A DNA stretch of 64,000 nucleotides from assembly GCF_009914755.1 (NCBI RefSeq), contig NC_060927.1; one strand, written 5' to 3'. The notes beneath the pieces are model-generated. The model made no database searches. It worked only from the letters and a program-made list of their open reading frames with translations, and had not been told where the DNA came from. Shown here one piece after another: positions 59,183 through 64,000 of the stretch (position 1 is the first letter of the stretch; every line of letters begins with the position of its first letter). The position numbers and the translations under genes were made by a program. This DNA is from the human T2T-CHM13v2.0 reference genome, Homo sapiens.

Positions 59183-60933
59183 ACAATCTTGTCTTTCTTA
59201 ATTACGTGGCAGGGGATTGGAGTTTCCTTTCATGAGGATTAGACATGAAATGAAATGGCGTTCGGCTGCTTAGAGGGCTGACTCAAGTCAGTTCCTGTTT
59301 GGTATGTGTAACATTAACAGATGTTAATGGCTGAATGCCTAGTCTGCCATGGTCCTGTGGGGCTGGAGCTAAGCACAGGTCTCCATTTCTGCCATTCAGA
59401 AGTCCAGGGTCTAGTTGGGGACATTATGAATGGGGACCATTCTCCTGAACGAACTGTTCTGGGATTTTGAGTAAGTTTCTGCAGGTTAGCATATTTTCCA
59501 AATGTCCAAGACACTCCCCATTCCCTCATCCTCTGCCACCAGTCCTGTACTTTGCAGACAACCCTGAGCAATATTGTTGTAAGTGGAGCAGAGAAGCCTT
59601 GAAAATAGTTGTATTCAGGACTATTGCAGATGACAAACTCTGTCATTCCCAAACGTTGCTGAGTACTGGAGTCATTTGCGGAGCTATTAAAAAATACAAT
59701 TATGGGTCCTTATCCCCAACCTGGAATTAGCAAACCAGGTCTCCAGTTTCAGAGATTTGGACTTAATCTCACTAAAGGAACTCATGGTTCCCCAATAATA
59801 AAATAATGATAGTCTTTAATACCTAACAAAACAGGAAGGCCCCAGAAATCACCTCACTGCTTTCTGCAGTAACAAGTTTTTTTGGTCGATGACTCTTTCT
59901 TGCCTAAGTGGAGAAACACCCTTTAAATTCACCCTTTATTATGAGAATTAAGCAACGGTTTGAAACTTGTGGAGAAAGTTTTTGATGACCCTTTATTCAG
60001 GGACCAGTTGCCCAATATTTGGCTGTTTTTGCTCTTTCACGTTTAGAAAGTTCACCTTTTATTAGTGAGTGCCTCTAATGAAGGAAGGAGAGCAAAGGGC
60101 TGACATTTTTGATACAGGATCTTGGAGCTGGAAAAGCTGAAAGGTTGGACCTTAGGAGTCATCTGGTCAAACTTTCCCTATAGCAAAGGAATTCTTTGAC
60201 CAAAGAAATTTGACACAGAAGTTGGTTTATAAAACCAGGCTTGTCTGAATGAGCAAGTAGAAGAGGGCCAAGGGACCATTTCACTTACCCTCCCATCCCT
60301 TCCTTTAAGTCTCAGGTATCCCTATGGAACACCTAGGAACCTTGATTAAAGTTTACAAATCACTGGCCCAATTCCAATTTTACAGGTGGGCAAACAGGCC
60401 CAGAGGGAGTTTTCCTACCCTGAGGCAGGCAACCCTTCCAGTTCTTGACCTCTTGGGACCAAAAGTGGGGTTACACTTGTTCAGAAGTAGAGGATCTGGA
60501 TTAGGAAAAGCCATCTAATATTTATCTCTCTAGTATTTAGCACAGTGTCTGGCACTTACAAGGGCCTTAAGAAATACAGTACCTCAGTGATTGTGTATTT
60601 AGTAAATTCTGGGGAAAGCTGCTGAAGTAGCCTTGAAGCCTACAGATACCAGTGTTGTCTGGTTGTATTTGTTAGGATTCTTGGTTGCAGGTGACAGAAG
60701 CCATTAGACAAAAAAGGGGGTTTCACTGAAAGGATTCTGGGGGAAATGACTAGCCAAGACTTCAGAAAGGCAGGATGTATGTGGGCTTCAGGAGCCTGTG
60801 GGAGTTGGGGTCATAACATTGCAGGCCTCCACCTGTGTCCTGGTATTTCTTCCATTATTGCTCAGAGCAAGACCAGATGCATCTGCTCCTTTGACTTCTT
60901 AGCAGGAAACAAGGCTGTAGACAGTGCCAGAGC

Positions 60934-61223
<290 letters not shown>

Positions 61224-61788
61224 GTGAGTTTTACGTCACAGCTTTGCTACCCAGAGAGACTACTAGATCGAAAATCCCTAGGAAGGACTCTGGTTGATGT
61301 AGCTTAACCAGTCAGGGTCCTTCAGAAGAGGTATTCCTGGCAAGGGGGTAGCCTCCCATTTGAGGCTGTCAAAATAATGTGCACACTTCAGTAGGTTGTT
61401 AGAAGTGGCCTCCTGGTCAGTGAATCATCAGTGGGATCAGATGAAAGTTATTCCTACCAGTTATCTAAGAAATAGGAAACTTGAAGTTTCTGCTAAGAAC
61501 TAAGTCCACACGGAATGCTAGAGATCATGCTGCAAAATGAAGACTCATTTGTTTGTGAGTGGTAGTCCATGAAATCTATCCTTTCTTTGCCAGCAGGCGT
61601 TCAGCAATCTGGATTTTATATTCTATCAAGACAAAGAGTAGAGATGACTCAAACATTTCTAACATTTATAGAGCACTTAGTGACATGCCCCTGGTACTTC
61701 CCTAAACATTTTACATGTGTCATCTCCTTTAATCCTCACAAGAACGCTATGGTCTAAGTATTATTATTCCAATTTAAAAGAGAAGGTT

Positions 61789-62149
<361 letters not shown>

Positions 62150-62229
62150 CTATTAAATGAGACTAAAGGTATTTTCTTCTCATGACTATATATAGCATAC
62201 CACTAAGCCCTCTAGACATCATATTCCCC

Positions 62230-62850
62230 ATCCATCGCCCCGTCCAGTGGACCAGGGATGAAGCGGGGATGCGCTAGGCATCCCGGTTTGTCACCAGGGG
62301 GCGTGCGAGGCCCTCAGCTTGGCGGGCGGTGAGGCGTGGGGTGACGGGGGGATGGCGGGGGCCGGCATGCGCGCGCATGCGCCGTGGTAAAAGGCCGGTA
62401 CCTCGGGCAAGATGGCTATCAAGAGTATCGCTTCCCGCCTCCGGGGTTCCCGTCGTTTTCTGAGCGGCTTCGTGGCTGGGGCTGTAGTGGGCGCTGCGGG
62501 AGCTGGGCTCGCGGCCCTGCAGTTCTTCCGGAGTCAGGGCGCTGAGGGAGCGTTGACAGGGAAGCAGCCGGATGGTAAGTCTGTGGGCCCGTCCTCCCTT
62601 CGCTGGCCCAGATTTCGGGCTCCGACTCCTACCTGGAGTGTGAATGGCAGTCCTTGACGGACAGCCTTCACCGTTTGCTGGGCCCCTAGCCTGGCCCTTG
62701 GTTTCTGACCTTTATTCTCCCGGCTCGGCCTCCCTTCCCCACCTCGCGTCTCGCCAGCTTCCCTCATGTCCTTCCTTCCCCCGGGCATCTTCGTTTTCTG
62801 CACAGAACCACCCCCGCCGCCCGACTTTCTTCCCCCCAGTTACTCATCGC
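62230..62850 (+). promoter_or_regulatory. EXOG CpG-island promoter with NRF1 and YY1 motifs
   Basis: GCGCATGCGC (NRF1) 62373-62382; CAAGATGGC (YY1) over the start codon; CpG-rich. Confidence 0.85.
62412..62574 (+). CDS. EXOG: EXOG exon 1 (mitochondrial targeting/TM leader of the exo/endonuclease G-like nuclease)
   Basis: MAIKSIASRLRGSRRFLSGFVAGAVVGAAGAGLAALQFFRSQGAEGALTGKQPD then G|GTAAGT. Confidence 0.96.
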
Positions 62851-63672
62851 GATATCTATGTTTTAATGTCTGTGTTCTCTACTAAGATTGTTAGCTCCAT
62901 AAGACTTGAGACTATGTCTGTTTTGGTCTCCATCATCTAACCAGCACAGTACCTGGTACATAATTGGCATTCAGTAAGTATGAATGAAGGAATAAATTAA
63001 TACATAATTTTAGTAGATGAGTTAACTGCCCTTCTTTCGTCATTGTTCAGTTGAAGAATACCTGCTATCCCTCCAAAGTGTATAAAAACTCATGTTGCAA
63101 TGGGTACCTTATATTTGACAAAAAAAAAAAAAAAATTAACACGAGCTCATTTCTTGTACTTTGCGGATGTGCTAATTTAACTTGCTCCTTTGGATACTTG
63201 GCATCTAGCAAGAGAACTACCCCCTTGGGGGGTTGAGGATTTGAGAAGGCATCGGGGAGGATTATCTCGAAACTGACTCACTGCTGAATGTGTGCTTGGT
63301 TTCTCCCACTAGGAAAAACAGTACCAGTTTTACTGTCATCTTGCAACAGCACACATATCAGTGCTTCAGAGATGATTTGGAAATTTGATGTGAAAGACTA
63401 ATAAGATCAAGTCTTTATTCAAAAGTTAATGCAGTAGCTGCATTTTATTCACTGATTATAGGCAAATCAGTACTTTGCCTACTGTCTGTTTTCTTCATCT
63501 CATAAGTAATTGCAAAAATGAGATTTTCTGGTTGATTAGACTTCTGAGCCAGTCCTTTGTAAATCACACCGCTCTCCTTTTCCTTATAATCTTTCATTAT
63601 TAAGAGCCACTAATTGTGTGTGTGTGTTTTTTTTGTCTCTGCCCCCCCTTTTTTTTTTTTTTTCATTTTTAG

Positions 63673-63822
63673 GATCTGCAGAAAAGGCTGTCTTGGAACA
63701 ATTTGGATTCCCTTTAACTGGAACAGAGGCAAGGTGTTACACTAATCACGCTTTGTCTTATGATCAGGCAAAGCGGGTGCCTAGATGGGTTCTTGAACAT
63801 ATTTCCAAAAGCAAGATAATGG
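63673..63822 (+). CDS. EXOG: EXOG exon 2; gene continues beyond the window
   Basis: TAG| GSAEKAVLEQFGFPLTGTEARCYTNHALSYDQAKRVPRWVLEHISKSKIM |GTAGGT; EndoG-family N-terminal motif; 150 nt, phase 1-1. Confidence 0.95.
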
Positions 63823-64000
63823 GTAGGTGGTTGGATAAAAAAACTGAAGTAACAGTATTTATGAAAGATGTCTCCAAATTTAAAACAGGGATGATTATTA
63901 ATATTCTCAACCTTTTTCATATCATAGCACATGTAGAAAATTATATTTATATAACTTACTGGTTAAATCAACCCTGCCTGGCAGCCAGAAAGCCAGACCC

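Larger units (their letters stand above)
49417..59190 (+). other. ACVR2B: ~9.8-kb 3' UTR of ACVR2B
   Basis: Non-repetitive AU-rich sequence after the stop, ending at tandem AATAAA plus U-rich downstream; agrees with the recalled long ACVR2B mRNA. Confidence 0.8.

Overview
Human (hominoid) genomic DNA covering the complete ACVR2B gene (activin receptor type IIB; + strand). It has 11 coding exons between 20400 and 49416, giving 1539 nt / 512 aa with canonical GT-AG junctions, a CpG-island promoter, a 22.9-kb intron 1 and a ~9.8-kb 3' UTR ending near 59190. About 3 kb downstream lie the promoter and first two coding exons of EXOG. The first ~19 kb is almost entirely nested retroelements: an old L1 interrupted by a 7.9-kb minus-strand HERV9/LTR12F-type provirus, itself carrying an AluY, plus many Alus, a THE1 LTR and a solo ERV1 LTR. 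I found no evidence of a wholly new gene system; most ORFs in the six-frame track are repeat- or GC-derived noise. The best leads are: (1) a mosaic provirus in which integrase and env SU are replaced by a second, foreign RNase H segment; (2) a 53-codon uORF in frame with ACVR2B and separated from it by one TGA; (3) vestiges of the mouse ActRIIB splice isoforms; (4) a CFTR-like (TG)n(T)n acceptor before the skippable EXOG exon 2; (5) a solo LTR probably supplying the poly(A) signal of the antisense lncRNA; (6) a self-complementary duplicated hairpin masking cryptic donors in intron 1. Repeat subfamily names and all statements about annotated isoforms come from recall, not database searches.
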